Of a stretch of DNA of 64,000 nucleotides, positions 39,954 through 49,564 are shown piece after piece. A program made the position numbers and the translations under genes. The first letter of the stretch is position 1. Each line of letters starts with the position of its first letter. Below the pieces are notes generated by a model, which saw nothing but the letters and a program-made list of their open reading frames with translations, did not search any database and was not told where the DNA came from. This DNA is from Phycisphaeraceae bacterium (GTDB lineage: Bacteria > Planctomycetota > Phycisphaerae > Phycisphaerales > Zrk34), in contig JBBDRF010000012.1 of NCBI GenBank assembly GCA_040905565.1, positions 32,001 through 96,000 of the forward strand, in the 5' to 3' direction.

Positions 39954-42900
39954 ATGTTACGCGCCGAGAAGACTCAAAACCGGTCGATGCTCATGAGTGG
40001 GCGGGCCCGGCAGCGCGGCTCAACAATTCTGCTTGTGGTGGCAGCACTGGTGCTTTCGATGCTGATGGGGCTGGCGTACATGAGCGCCGCCCGGCAGGAC
40101 CGCCGCAGCACCCGGACGATGGGGCTCATCAAGGATGTTGATCAGGTCGAGCAGAGCGTGCTGAGCAAGATTCAGGATGTGCTGCGCGAGGACCTGGGCC
40201 ACGAGAAGTACGAAGCTGGGGGGGAGACGTTCTACGACTTCTTCGTGGACCGTGCTGCAGACCGAGGCACGTTTTACCGCTGGGATCGGCCGGGTATCGA
40301 CTATCCCGGGGAGCTTCAGCCGGGCGTGGGGGACGCGCACAGCCCCTGGCTCGCTTCGAAGGCCCCGTTGGTGTTCGATCCGGCGAACCGGGACACTCCG
40401 CAGGTGGCGTGGCCGCAGATTACGAGGCTGACCGGCGAGTACGTCGATGCGGAAGGCTGGAACGAGCCGTACCGGCAACACTTCTGGGATCGGACAGCGA
40501 ACGCGCCTGTGGGGTCAGGGGGCGTTGAGGATCTCGCCCCGGTGGATGATCCTGTTTATCTCACGTTGGAAACGATGGCCGACGCGACGGGGGACGGGAT
40601 TCTTGATAGTCGCTGGGAGCGGGCGCCGCTGTTCAGCCTTAACGGCGTGGACTACTTCATGGCCGTCCGCATCGTCGACAACTCGGCGATGGCGAACGCG
40701 AATACCGCGTTCAGCCAGGTGGGGCTCGACGGGCAATATGAGGATGCGAACTACGAGGAAGGCCTCCGCTGGGCGTATCCGACGGAGCTGGACCTGGGTT
40801 CACTGGCGTACCGCTACGGCACGCTGGATTCCGACGACGGGGCAAGCGACTACATGGCCGAGATGGAACGGCTGCTCGATAGCCGCTTCGTCGCGGCCGG
40901 CCCGACGAGCATGCCGACTTCGCCCGAGGAGGGGGCCGAGGACTACTGGCAGCACTACCACGGCGAACTGCGAACGGCGGACCGTCCGCAACTGGCGATC
41001 GACAGTGAATTCTCGCTACGGCATCGCGGGGGCTTGCGGAATCGTCAGCTGGAGTCGGGCATCGAGTCGGTCGACGACGGCCTGCCGCTGCTGCTGCGAA
41101 ATTATGCACAGGTCGATTACGACGACGGCACACGCCTGAACGAGCGGAACTATCGCGACGCCCTGGACAATATCATCACCGATCTTGGCGCGGTTCCGCC
41201 GCACGCCACGGGCGATCCGCTGGTGGACTACTTCGAGCTTAACCCGCGCGGTCAGGTGACGACGGTGAGCGGGGCGTCGCAGCATCTGAAGTGGGACTTG
41301 AAGACGCTGCTTCAGAAGGCGGCACGCATGTCAGGAGGCACGAACGATACGGTGGAGGTGCCCGGCTTGGCCGCTCCGGTGCCGGCTATTGATCAGTTGA
41401 TTCAGATTATTTGGGATACTTACCACAACGATGATCTGGCGACCGTCGTGGACGCGCCGGCAATCCCGCGCAGCCTGCGTGAGCATGCATCGTGGGCGGC
41501 GCATCCCGCGGATGAAGATCGCCTCGCCGCGTTCGCCGCTCAGTATGCGGTCAACCTGGTGGCGTTCGCGCAGGGCGGGATCGATGAGTATGAAGATGCG
41601 GACCCAGCCCCCAACGGCACGTATGAAACGACCATGCCGCGATACGTGCGGACGGTTTCCGACAGCACCGAGGTGCCGCACTACGGGCTGATTCCGCTGC
41701 CCTACGTGGCCGAGGCGTACACGCAGCAGAAGTACCGCGCGGGAACGCCTGGCCCTGCTCCTGATCCGACGCAGGAGATGGTGACGTGGGACGCGGTCGG
41801 GGAGACGGGGTACGTGATCGAGATTCGCAATCCGCACAATCGGCCGGTGAGGATGGACACGGTGCGTGTGGTCGTCGATGGCAACGATTGGGGCCTGCTG
41901 AGCGAGATGACCGAGGCGACGTATCTCGAAGCAGAGCAGACGGTGATGCTGGTGCGCCAGGGCGGCGAAGAATGGACCGGCAACGCGCGTGTGGTTGGCC
42001 AATGGCCGAGTGAGCCCGACGGTGCGGGCCCCGACACGCCGACGACGCCTGAGGATAATGTCTGGGAGCTTGTTGAAGAGACCGAACTGGAGGACGGCAC
42101 GATCTGGGTGCTGCTGCATGAGGATGCCTATCGGTGGGATCTGGGCGACGCGCCGGTCAGCATCGAGCTTTTCTGCGAAGTGCGTGACCTTCAGGCCCCG
42201 CCGGCCACCGAAGGCGACGAGACGGAAGCGTTCGACGGCGGGATCTGGTACCGCTATCAGCAGGTCGACAATCAGCTGTCGTACCCGCTGGTGCGTGAGG
42301 ATCTGGTTTACGCCACGGGTGAGGTTGCGGAGGACGATGTCCGCTACCACCAGCATGTGTTGGTCGGCGACGGGCGGGGGCTGAACGTGATGACGATCAT
42401 GCCCGATGCCTTCGAAGGCGATCCCACGCAGTATGACAACGTTGACCCGGCGAACATGGGTAATCCGCCACACGATGCGACCATCGCCATGCTTGGCTAT
42501 GAGGACAAGACGACGCTCGGGCCGGTGGGTCCGCTGGATTGGGATCCTGCGACGGAGCAGATTGTGTTCCCGAAGGAGCCGGGCGTTCGGAATGTCGGTG
42601 AGTTGGCATTGGTGACGGTGCTGGGCCCGCGTGAAGGGGCGTCGGCAGCGGACTGGACGATCGCCGGTGCGTGGCAGAGCGCGAGCGCCACGGCTTTTGA
42701 TCAAGTGGCAGAATTCCAGCTGAACATGGGCGACGCGTGGCTGGATCCGGCACTCGCAGGCACACAGGACGTGCTTGAGTTGCACCCCGATTCGCTTGTG
42801 CCCTACCCGATGGTGCTGATGGACAGGTTCACCGCGCAGCGGTGGACGGAAGAGACGGAACGACCGGAGTTCGGCCGATTCGTGCCGGGCACGATCAACA

Positions 42901-43496
42901 TCAACACGGCGACGCGCGAAACGCTTCTGGCCGCGTTGCCGGTGCCCTGGGATGACCACAGCCAGGCGGATCGTGAGCTCAGGGAGACGATTCGGCGCGA
43001 CATTGTCGATGCGATCCTGATGTACCGCGACCATCGTTCGGATGTGCCGACGGGGACGCTGGGCCGCCGACCGGACGATCCGGATTGGCGCCAGGATCCC
43101 GGCATTCGGCACATCGGCGAAATCTACGCCGCGACATGGCACCTGTTCACCGAGAACGCAGGAACGGGCGATACCTACGAGGTCGGCGGCGTCGAAGTGG
43201 ACCGACTGGCCAACCCCGGCATCGATCCGGCCGCGCATGAGCCTGACGAGGTAGAGGACGATCTGGAGGAGAAGACGCTGGTGTTGCGGATGCTCAGCCA
43301 GTTGCTGACGACGCGCAGCGACGTGTTCACCGCCCACATCCTGATCCGTGGCTATGCCTTCGACGATCGCAGCGAGCCGATCGTGGAGCGTCGCCTGCTT
43401 GGCGTGTTCGATCGTGGTCCTGTGCTTGAGAACGCGCTCGATCCGGATGCCCCTAGCGATACCACGCCGCGGCTGTTGGGCGTGTATCGCTACTGA
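39954..43496 (+). CDS. Giant PilX/GspK-like pilin-type subunit (1180 aa)
   Basis: RG|STILLVVAALVLSMLMGLAY (no E5, typical of K/X class); GTININTATRETL and LTTRSDVFTAHI GspK-like C-terminal motifs; TAAGGAGA RBS. Confidence 0.72.
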   Translation: MLRAEKTQNRSMLMSGRARQRGSTILLVVAALVLSMLMGLAYMSAARQDRRSTRTMGLIKDVDQVEQSVLSKIQDVLREDLGHEKYEAGGETFYDFFVDRAADRGTFYRWDRPGIDYPGELQPGVGDAHSPWLASKAPLVFDPANRDTPQVAWPQITRLTGEYVDAEGWNEPYRQHFWDRTANAPVGSGGVEDLAPVDDPVYLTLETMADATGDGILDSRWERAPLFSLNGVDYFMAVRIVDNSAMANANTAFSQVGLDGQYEDANYEEGLRWAYPTELDLGSLAYRYGTLDSDDGASDYMAEMERLLDSRFVAAGPTSMPTSPEEGAEDYWQHYHGELRTADRPQLAIDSEFSLRHRGGLRNRQLESGIESVDDGLPLLLRNYAQVDYDDGTRLNERNYRDALDNIITDLGAVPPHATGDPLVDYFELNPRGQVTTVSGASQHLKWDLKTLLQKAARMSGGTNDTVEVPGLAAPVPAIDQLIQIIWDTYHNDDLATVVDAPAIPRSLREHASWAAHPADEDRLAAFAAQYAVNLVAFAQGGIDEYEDADPAPNGTYETTMPRYVRTVSDSTEVPHYGLIPLPYVAEAYTQQKYRAGTPGPAPDPTQEMVTWDAVGETGYVIEIRNPHNRPVRMDTVRVVVDGNDWGLLSEMTEATYLEAEQTVMLVRQGGEEWTGNARVVGQWPSEPDGAGPDTPTTPEDNVWELVEETELEDGTIWVLLHEDAYRWDLGDAPVSIELFCEVRDLQAPPATEGDETEAFDGGIWYRYQQVDNQLSYPLVREDLVYATGEVAEDDVRYHQHVLVGDGRGLNVMTIMPDAFEGDPTQYDNVDPANMGNPPHDATIAMLGYEDKTTLGPVGPLDWDPATEQIVFPKEPGVRNVGELALVTVLGPREGASAADWTIAGAWQSASATAFDQVAEFQLNMGDAWLDPALAGTQDVLELHPDSLVPYPMVLMDRFTAQRWTEETERPEFGRFVPGTININTATRETLLAALPVPWDDHSQADRELRETIRRDIVDAILMYRDHRSDVPTGTLGRRPDDPDWRQDPGIRHIGEIYAATWHLFTENAGTGDTYEVGGVEVDRLANPGIDPAAHEPDEVEDDLEEKTLVLRMLSQLLTTRSDVFTAHILIRGYAFDDRSEPIVERRLLGVFDRGPVLENALDPDAPSDTTPRLLGVYRY

Positions 43497-43524
43497 TTCT
43501 GGACGGCCTACGTAAACGCTTCGC

Positions 43525-43561
43525 AGGAGCCCACGCCCTCAGGACGTGGGCTCCTTGCTTT
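43525..43561 (+). terminator. Hairpin after the pilin operon (terminator-like or REP-like)
   Basis: 11-bp stem AGGAGCCCACG/CGTGGGCTCCT followed by TGCTTT; U-tract is weak. Confidence 0.45.
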
Positions 43562-43606
43562 GGCGGATGAAACCCGGCCATCGTCCGACGCGTCGCGTTG
43601 TTGACA

Positions 43607-43779
43607 ACGAGCCGCGCACGTCAGTAAGCGGTTGTGCGTTCAGCGCTCGACGGATCGTGACGATGCGTCGCAGTTCGCGACGACTGCGGGAACACGCCAC
43701 TCACAACACGGGACTTCAATTCTCCTCACATCACAACGTTTCGGACACTACCGCTCCCTTACGGTCGCGGCTCGTATTC
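43607..43779. repeat. REP-doublet element, copy 2 (intergenic)
   Basis: Left arm ACGAGCCGCGCACGTCAGTAAGCGGTTGTG (25/30 identical to copy 1); right arm CCGCTCCCTTACGGTCGCGGCTCGTATTC (28/29 identical to copy 1). Confidence 0.8.
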
Positions 43780-43893
43780 CGGCGTCTGCCTACATATAGG
43801 CTGTCTCGCAGCGATCCACGACGCCGGGGCGACAGACCCAGTCGCCCGGTGATCGATGATGAACCTTTTTTTCGTGGGGCGAGGTGGGGGGGG

Positions 43894-44691
43894 TCAGTTC
43901 ATCACGGTGATGAGGACGTCGGTGCGGCCGAGCTTCTGGCGCATCCTGAGAGCGGACTCGAAGCTTGCGAAGCTGCCCACCTGGACGAGGTAGAGCCGTG
44001 AGCCGTCGGCGGCGGTGGAGGGGATCACGCGGGGCGACCCGGCGCCGGCACGGGACGCAGCCGTGCGCATCTGCCGTGCGAGTGTGTCGGCATTGGATCG
44101 GCTGGAGAAAGCGCCCAGTTGCAGCGTAAAGCCCGTGTTGGCGATGCGGTTCTGCACTTCGCGGCGGAAGGCTGAGTCGCGCGAGTTGTTCATCGCTTGC
44201 GAGAGGCTAGTGCGGGCCTGGGTCCAGCGTCCGAGCCGCTGTTCCGCCAGGGCGAGGTGATAATAGGCGTGGGCGCGGTCTTCGCCCTGAAGTTGACTGA
44301 CCGATCGCTTAAAGTACGCGACGGCTTGGTCGTACTGTTGGCGGTGAACGTGGACGAGACCGAGGGTGGCGTTGGCGCGGCCGGCGAGGCTGCGGTCGCG
44401 GTTGCTCGAGAGGGGCTTAAGATAGCGAACGGCCTCGGCCTGGCGACCGAGCTGAAATGCGCTGACGCCGGCGACGTAGCGGGCGCGGTCGCGGTCGGCT
44501 CGATTGCCCCGGGAAAGGTTCGGGCGAGCAGCATCATGTGCCTGCTGATAACGCCCCGATTCGTAGTGGTTGAGCATCGTGCTGCGGGCGGTGTTCTGGG
44601 TGGTGGCGGGGTCGCAGCCGGTGCTGAAAGCGAAGCACATCAGCAGTGAAAATGCGAGGCAGCAACGTGTGATCGATAAGGCGGTGAACAT
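43894..44691 (-). CDS. TPR + SPOR domain lipoprotein
   Basis: Lipobox FSTGC, TPR helices (ARYVAGVSAFQLG, AYYHLALAEQRLG), SPOR domain FTLQLGAFSSRSNA...YLVQVGSFASFESA. Confidence 0.85.
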   Translation of the reverse strand: MFTALSITRCCLAFSLLMCFAFSTGCDPATTQNTARSTMLNHYESGRYQQAHDAARPNLSRGNRADRDRARYVAGVSAFQLGRQAEAVRYLKPLSSNRDRSLAGRANATLGLVHVHRQQYDQAVAYFKRSVSQLQGEDRAHAYYHLALAEQRLGRWTQARTSLSQAMNNSRDSAFRREVQNRIANTGFTLQLGAFSSRSNADTLARQMRTAASRAGAGSPRVIPSTAADGSRLYLVQVGSFASFESALRMRQKLGRTDVLITVMN

Positions 44692-44791
44692 GGAGCCTCT
44701 CCGTATGGCTTGAGTCGTCAGCCGTGACGCGTGTATTGTACCGGATCGACGGCGGCGTCTACGGCGACGCAAACTTTCAGGAAGGGCAGCT

Positions 44792-46249
44792 GTGGCGAAT
44801 GTACTTTGGCCGATTCTCAGGCGTGCAATCACGCATCCCAAGCACGTGGCGATCGTCGACGATCAGCGCGAATGGCGCTACATCGATCTGGTGGTGGGGG
44901 CGTTGCACCTGGCGAAGCACATCAAGAAGATGAGTGATCGCCCGCACGTGGGGATCCTGCTGCCGACCAGCGGGGCGTTCGCGATGGCGCTGCTGGCGAC
45001 GTGGATGCTGCGGCGGACGGCGGTGCCGATCAACTATCTGCTCGGCCCCAAGGAACGGCAGTACATCATCGACGATTCGGAAGTGGATGTGGTGATCAGC
45101 GTCGGGCCGCTGCTGAACTTTCTGGGCGGGAAGCCGGAGAACGTGGAGCTGATTGAGCTTGAGAAGATGAACTTCAAGGGCATGCCGCCGCTGCGGTGGC
45201 CGGCGCGGGCGGGGTCGGATGAGAACGCGGTAATCCTGTATACGTCCGGCACGAGCGGCAAGCCGAAGGGCGTGATGCTGACGCACGGGAACCTTCGCTT
45301 TGATGTTGAGGCGGCGGTGAAACATGCGGAGCTTAAGAGCGCGGATTGTTTTATGGGCGTGCTGCCGCAGTTTCATTCGTTCGGGCTGACGGGGCTGACG
45401 ATCCTGCCGCTGATGATTGGGGCGAAGGTTGTTTACAGCGCGCGGTTCACGCCGAAGAAACTCGTCGGACTCTTCCGCAAGCACAAGCCGGACATGTTCC
45501 TGGCGATTCCTTCGATGTACAACGCGTTGATGACGGTGAAGAGTGCCGAGCCCGCGGATTTTGCGTGCCTGCGATTGGCGGTAAGTGGCGGCGAGCCGCT
45601 GCCGCATGACGTGCATGATCGGTTCAGGGAACGCTTTGGTGTGAACATCATCGAAGGGTACGGGCTGACGGAGACGTCGCCGATCGCGGCGATTAATACG
45701 CCGACGCAGCAGCGCGAGCAATCGGTAGGGCGGCTGCTGCCGGGGACGCGGGGGCGCGTCGTTGACGATGAGGGCAAGATGCTTGGGCCCGGCGAGGAGG
45801 GCGAGATTCAGCTGGCGGGGCCTCACATCATGGCGGGTTACTTCAAGATGCGCGAGCTGACGGAGCAGGTGATCGACCGTGAGGGCTTCTTCACGACGGG
45901 CGACTGGGGGAAGATCGATGAAGACGGGTACGTATTCATCACCGGCCGAAAGAAGGAAATGCTGATCGTGTCGGGTGAGAATCTGTTCCCGCGCGAGATT
46001 GAAGAGGTGCTCAATGCGCACGAATCGGTGCACGAGTCGGCGGTGATCGGGCAGAGCGATCCGATGCGGGGCGAAGTGCCGATCGCCTTCATTGAATTGG
46101 CCGAGGGGGCGGAGCTTGATGAGAAGGCGCTGCGGGAACATTGCCGGGAGTACCTGGCGCAGTGGAAGGTGCCGCGGGAGTTTCGGGTGGTCGATAAGCT
46201 GCCGCGTGGAGCGACGGGGAAGGTGCTGCGGCGGGAGTTGTCGGCTTAA
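44792..46249 (+). CDS. AMP-dependent acyl-CoA/acyl-ACP synthetase (resembles the Aas C-terminal domain)
   Basis: YTSGTSGKPKG, LPQFHSFGLT, EGYGLTETSP, TGD, GRKKE, GKVLRR. Confidence 0.88.
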   Translation: MANVLWPILRRAITHPKHVAIVDDQREWRYIDLVVGALHLAKHIKKMSDRPHVGILLPTSGAFAMALLATWMLRRTAVPINYLLGPKERQYIIDDSEVDVVISVGPLLNFLGGKPENVELIELEKMNFKGMPPLRWPARAGSDENAVILYTSGTSGKPKGVMLTHGNLRFDVEAAVKHAELKSADCFMGVLPQFHSFGLTGLTILPLMIGAKVVYSARFTPKKLVGLFRKHKPDMFLAIPSMYNALMTVKSAEPADFACLRLAVSGGEPLPHDVHDRFRERFGVNIIEGYGLTETSPIAAINTPTQQREQSVGRLLPGTRGRVVDDEGKMLGPGEEGEIQLAGPHIMAGYFKMRELTEQVIDREGFFTTGDWGKIDEDGYVFITGRKKEMLIVSGENLFPREIEEVLNAHESVHESAVIGQSDPMRGEVPIAFIELAEGAELDEKALREHCREYLAQWKVPREFRVVDKLPRGATGKVLRRELSA

Positions 46250-46380
46250 ATTCCGGCGTTCGGCGGCGCATTCGCCACTGATTACGCGGACGCAGATCAA
46301 CCTGCCTCACGTTTGACCCGATCGTTCTGTCAGCAGACCATGAGGATGCTTCGTTACCTGCTGTCGAAAGGAATCGCGCG

Positions 46381-47661
46381 ATGAATCAGTCCCAGACCAC
46401 CACGCACCCCGGCCATCTTTCCCCGTTGCTTAAGCAAGCCAGTGACGTGGTCGCTGAGCGAGGCGAGGGGGCGTACATCTTTGACGCAGAAGGGCAGCGG
46501 TATCTGGATTTCACGTCGGGCATCGGCGTGACAGGGACGGGTCATTGCCATCCGAAGGTCGTCGCAGCGGCACAGGAGCAGGCGGGAAAGCTGATTCACG
46601 GTCAGTACACGACGGTGATGCATCGGCCGTTGATGGAACTGACCGAACGCCTGGGCCAGCGGATGCCGGGCGACATCGACACGTTCTTCTTCGCCAGTGC
46701 CGGGACCGAAGCGGTCGAGGCGACGCTGCGGCTGGCGCGCCACGCGACGGGCCGACCGAACATGATGGTCTTCCACGGCGGCTTCCACGGGCGCACAATG
46801 GGCGCACTTTCGATGACGACGTCGAGCGTCGACCTCCGCTCCGGGCTGCAGCCGATGATGGGCGGCGTGGCCGTCGCGCCATTCCCCCACACCTTCCGCT
46901 ACGGCTGGGATGAGCAGACGGCGACGGATTTCTGCCTGCGTGAACTCGATCACATCTTCGTCACGCATAGTGCGGCGAAGGAGACCGCCGCGATGCTTGT
47001 CGAGCCGGTCCAGGGCGAAGGCGGCTACGTTCCCGCGAACACCCGTTTCATGCAGGGCCTCCGCGAACGCTGCGACAAGCACGGGATGCTGTTGATCGTC
47101 GACGAAGTGCAGGCGGGCTACGGCCGTACGGGCAGGTTCTGGTCGCATGAGCATTTTGATGTGCAGCCGGACGTGGTGATCACCGCGAAGGGCCTGGCCA
47201 GTGGGTTCCCGCTCTCGGGCTTTGCGACGACGCCGGAGATCATGAAGAAGGGTTGGCCGGGCTCGCAGGGCGGCACGTACGGTGGCAACGCGGTGGCCTG
47301 TGCGGCGGCCGTGGCGACGCTCGATGTGATCGAAGAAGAGGGGCTGGTCGAGAATGCTGCGACGATGGGCGCACGCCTGCGGGAGCAGCTTGAAGCGATC
47401 CGTGGGAGGTATCCCGCCATTGCGGACATCCGAGGGATGGGCCTGATGCTTGGTGCGGAGATCCACGATGCCGACGGCAAGCCTGACGGCGACCGGGCTG
47501 GGCGGATCGCCAAGGAAGCCGAGAAGCGAGGCCTGCTGCTGCTGCGTTGCGGGCCTTACGGCAAGGAGATCGTCCGTTGGCTGCCGCCGTTGATCGTGAA
47601 CGCCGAGCAGATTGATCAGGCGACGAGCATCTTTGAGCAGGCGCTTGAGGCGACCGCTTGA
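46381..47661 (+). CDS. Class III aminotransferase (4-aminobutyrate transaminase-like)
   Basis: YLDFTSGIGV, FHGRT, EPVQGEGG, DEVQAGYGRTG, PLP-Lys TAKGLASG, GGTYGGN. Confidence 0.88.
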   Translation: MNQSQTTTHPGHLSPLLKQASDVVAERGEGAYIFDAEGQRYLDFTSGIGVTGTGHCHPKVVAAAQEQAGKLIHGQYTTVMHRPLMELTERLGQRMPGDIDTFFFASAGTEAVEATLRLARHATGRPNMMVFHGGFHGRTMGALSMTTSSVDLRSGLQPMMGGVAVAPFPHTFRYGWDEQTATDFCLRELDHIFVTHSAAKETAAMLVEPVQGEGGYVPANTRFMQGLRERCDKHGMLLIVDEVQAGYGRTGRFWSHEHFDVQPDVVITAKGLASGFPLSGFATTPEIMKKGWPGSQGGTYGGNAVACAAAVATLDVIEEEGLVENAATMGARLREQLEAIRGRYPAIADIRGMGLMLGAEIHDADGKPDGDRAGRIAKEAEKRGLLLLRCGPYGKEIVRWLPPLIVNAEQIDQATSIFEQALEATA

Positions 47662-47701
47662 AAACGTGACGACGCTAAGCCGCAGGAAAGGAATCGGTGC
47701 A

Positions 47702-48862
47702 ATGGTTAACTATCGCCTGTTGTTGTGTGCGATGCTTGTAGTGATGGTGGCGAAAGTTGATGCCGAGCCGCTGACCGCGGCCGACCTGCCGGTGGAAGGC
47801 AGCGTCGATGCGTTCATGGGTGTCCCTGAACTGGACACGCAGCAGGTGTTCACCGGGGAGCGGTTTCCGAACATCGTTGTCGCGCTGGACGGCACTGTTC
47901 TGGCGACCTGGGGCAATCAGAGTTTCCGCGTGCGCCGGAGCGAGGACGGCGGCGAGACGTGGGGGCCGGAGATTACCGTCGCGGATCCAGGCTTCCACGG
48001 CGGCGGGACGATCGTCGACGAGAACACCGGCGATACGCTGGTTTTCGTTGAAGAGGGGCATCCGATCGCACCGCTGAGCGTCTATCGCAGCGCCGACCAC
48101 GGCAAGACCTGGCGGGCGGAAGACGTGGTCATTCACGGCAACAGCGAAGGCCACGTTCCGTCGATGCACATGAACGAAAGCGGGATCACGCTCCGGCACG
48201 GTCCGCACGCGGGCCGACTGATTCGCCCCACGCGGTGGTACGCCGGCAGCAACGATCGGCCGCACTGGCCGGACCATTACACCAACGCGATGTACAGCGA
48301 CGACGGCGGTAAAACCTGGTACGCCAGTGAGCCGTTCCCCGCGCGCGGCACCGGTGAAGCGACGCTGGCGGAACTCTCCGACGGCCGCATCTATTACAAC
48401 GCGCGCCGACACCTCTCGACGGACGGGCTTGATCCGCTTCGTCGACACATCGCGTGGAGCGACGATGGCGGCGAGACGTGGGGCGACCTGTCCGTGAGCG
48501 ACGTGCTGCCCGATGGCGATCAGAACCGCGAGTACGGTCTCATGGCCGGGCTGGTGCGGCTGCCTGTCGCCGACCACGACATCCTCATCTTCAGCAATAT
48601 CGATTCGGAGGCTGGGCGACGGCGCGGCACCGTCTGGGCCAGCTTCGACGGCGGCAAAACATGGCCCGTGCAACGGCTTGTCGAGGAGGGTAGCTTCGCC
48701 TATTCCTCGCTGGCCGCCGGCCGGCCTAGCACGCCCAGCGAAGGCTACATCTACCTGATGTACGAATCAGGTGGCCATCCCAATTCCGCAGCCCACGTGG
48801 CACGCTTCAACCTGAGTTGGCTCACTGAAGGGCGAAGCTTGAGCGAAATTGTCGGTGAATAA
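47702..48862 (+). CDS. Secreted sialidase-fold (BNR/Asp-box, GH33-like) protein
   Basis: Signal peptide; five Asp-boxes (SEDGGETW, SADHGKTW, SDDGGKTW, SDDGGETW, SFDGGKTW); RFP, GEAT, AYSSL. Confidence 0.82.
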   Translation: MVNYRLLLCAMLVVMVAKVDAEPLTAADLPVEGSVDAFMGVPELDTQQVFTGERFPNIVVALDGTVLATWGNQSFRVRRSEDGGETWGPEITVADPGFHGGGTIVDENTGDTLVFVEEGHPIAPLSVYRSADHGKTWRAEDVVIHGNSEGHVPSMHMNESGITLRHGPHAGRLIRPTRWYAGSNDRPHWPDHYTNAMYSDDGGKTWYASEPFPARGTGEATLAELSDGRIYYNARRHLSTDGLDPLRRHIAWSDDGGETWGDLSVSDVLPDGDQNREYGLMAGLVRLPVADHDILIFSNIDSEAGRRRGTVWASFDGGKTWPVQRLVEEGSFAYSSLAAGRPSTPSEGYIYLMYESGGHPNSAAHVARFNLSWLTEGRSLSEIVGE

Positions 48863-48865
48863 GCG

Positions 48866-49522
48866 TTAAGGCCCCAAGCGTTCGCGTCGCCAGTTTTCGC
48901 CTTGGCGTTGGAAGACGATGCGGTCGTGCAGGCGGCTGGGGCGGCCTTGCCAGAATTCGATGATCTCCGGCTTCACGCGGTAGCCGCCCCAGTGGGGGGG
49001 GCAATCGACGGGGCCGTCGCCGTAGTGCGCTTCAAGTTCCGCCAGCCGTGCCTGCATCTGTTGGCGGTCGATCTGCTCGCTTTGATTGGAGACCCAGGCG
49101 CCGAGTTGGCTGCCACGCGGTCGACTGGCGAAGTAAGCTTCCGACTCCGCCCGACTGGTCTTCTCGACGGGCCCCTGGATGCGCACCTGCCGTTCGAGAT
49201 GGATCCAGTGAAAGACCAAGGCTGCGTAGGGGTTCGCGGCAAGGTCCCGGCCTTTGTGGCTGTCATAGTTGGTGAAAAAGACGAACCCGGCGGGATCGTA
49301 GCCCTTGAGCAGCACGATCCGGGCGGCGGGTCGGCCCTGCGGCGTGACCGTCGCCAGTGTCATCACGTTGGCCTCATACTCGGGGCCGGTGGTGGTTTCG
49401 TGGGCGGCGTCGAACCACTGTTCGAAGAGCGCGATGGGGTCGTTGCCGGCCTCGGCTTCGGTGAGCCCGCCTCGGATGTAGTCGACACGTCGGTCCGCGA
49501 GAGATGGTTTGCGATCACTCAT
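48866..49522 (-). CDS. pdxH: Pyridoxamine 5'-phosphate oxidase
   Basis: RIVLLKG, FFTNYDSHKG, RQVRIQG, YFASRPRGSQLGAW, EFWQGRPSRLHDR. Confidence 0.95.
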   Translation of the reverse strand: MSDRKPSLADRRVDYIRGGLTEAEAGNDPIALFEQWFDAAHETTTGPEYEANVMTLATVTPQGRPAARIVLLKGYDPAGFVFFTNYDSHKGRDLAANPYAALVFHWIHLERQVRIQGPVEKTSRAESEAYFASRPRGSQLGAWVSNQSEQIDRQQMQARLAELEAHYGDGPVDCPPHWGGYRVKPEIIEFWQGRPSRLHDRIVFQRQGENWRRERLGP

Positions 49523-49564
49523 ACCGCTAAGGATACCGCAGAATCGGCAGAGCGTCTCGCAGGT

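Noticed and set aside
38475..43779. The two repeat elements as ends of a composite transposon
   Set aside because: No transposase or target-site duplication is evident, and the enclosed genes continue the operon seamlessly.
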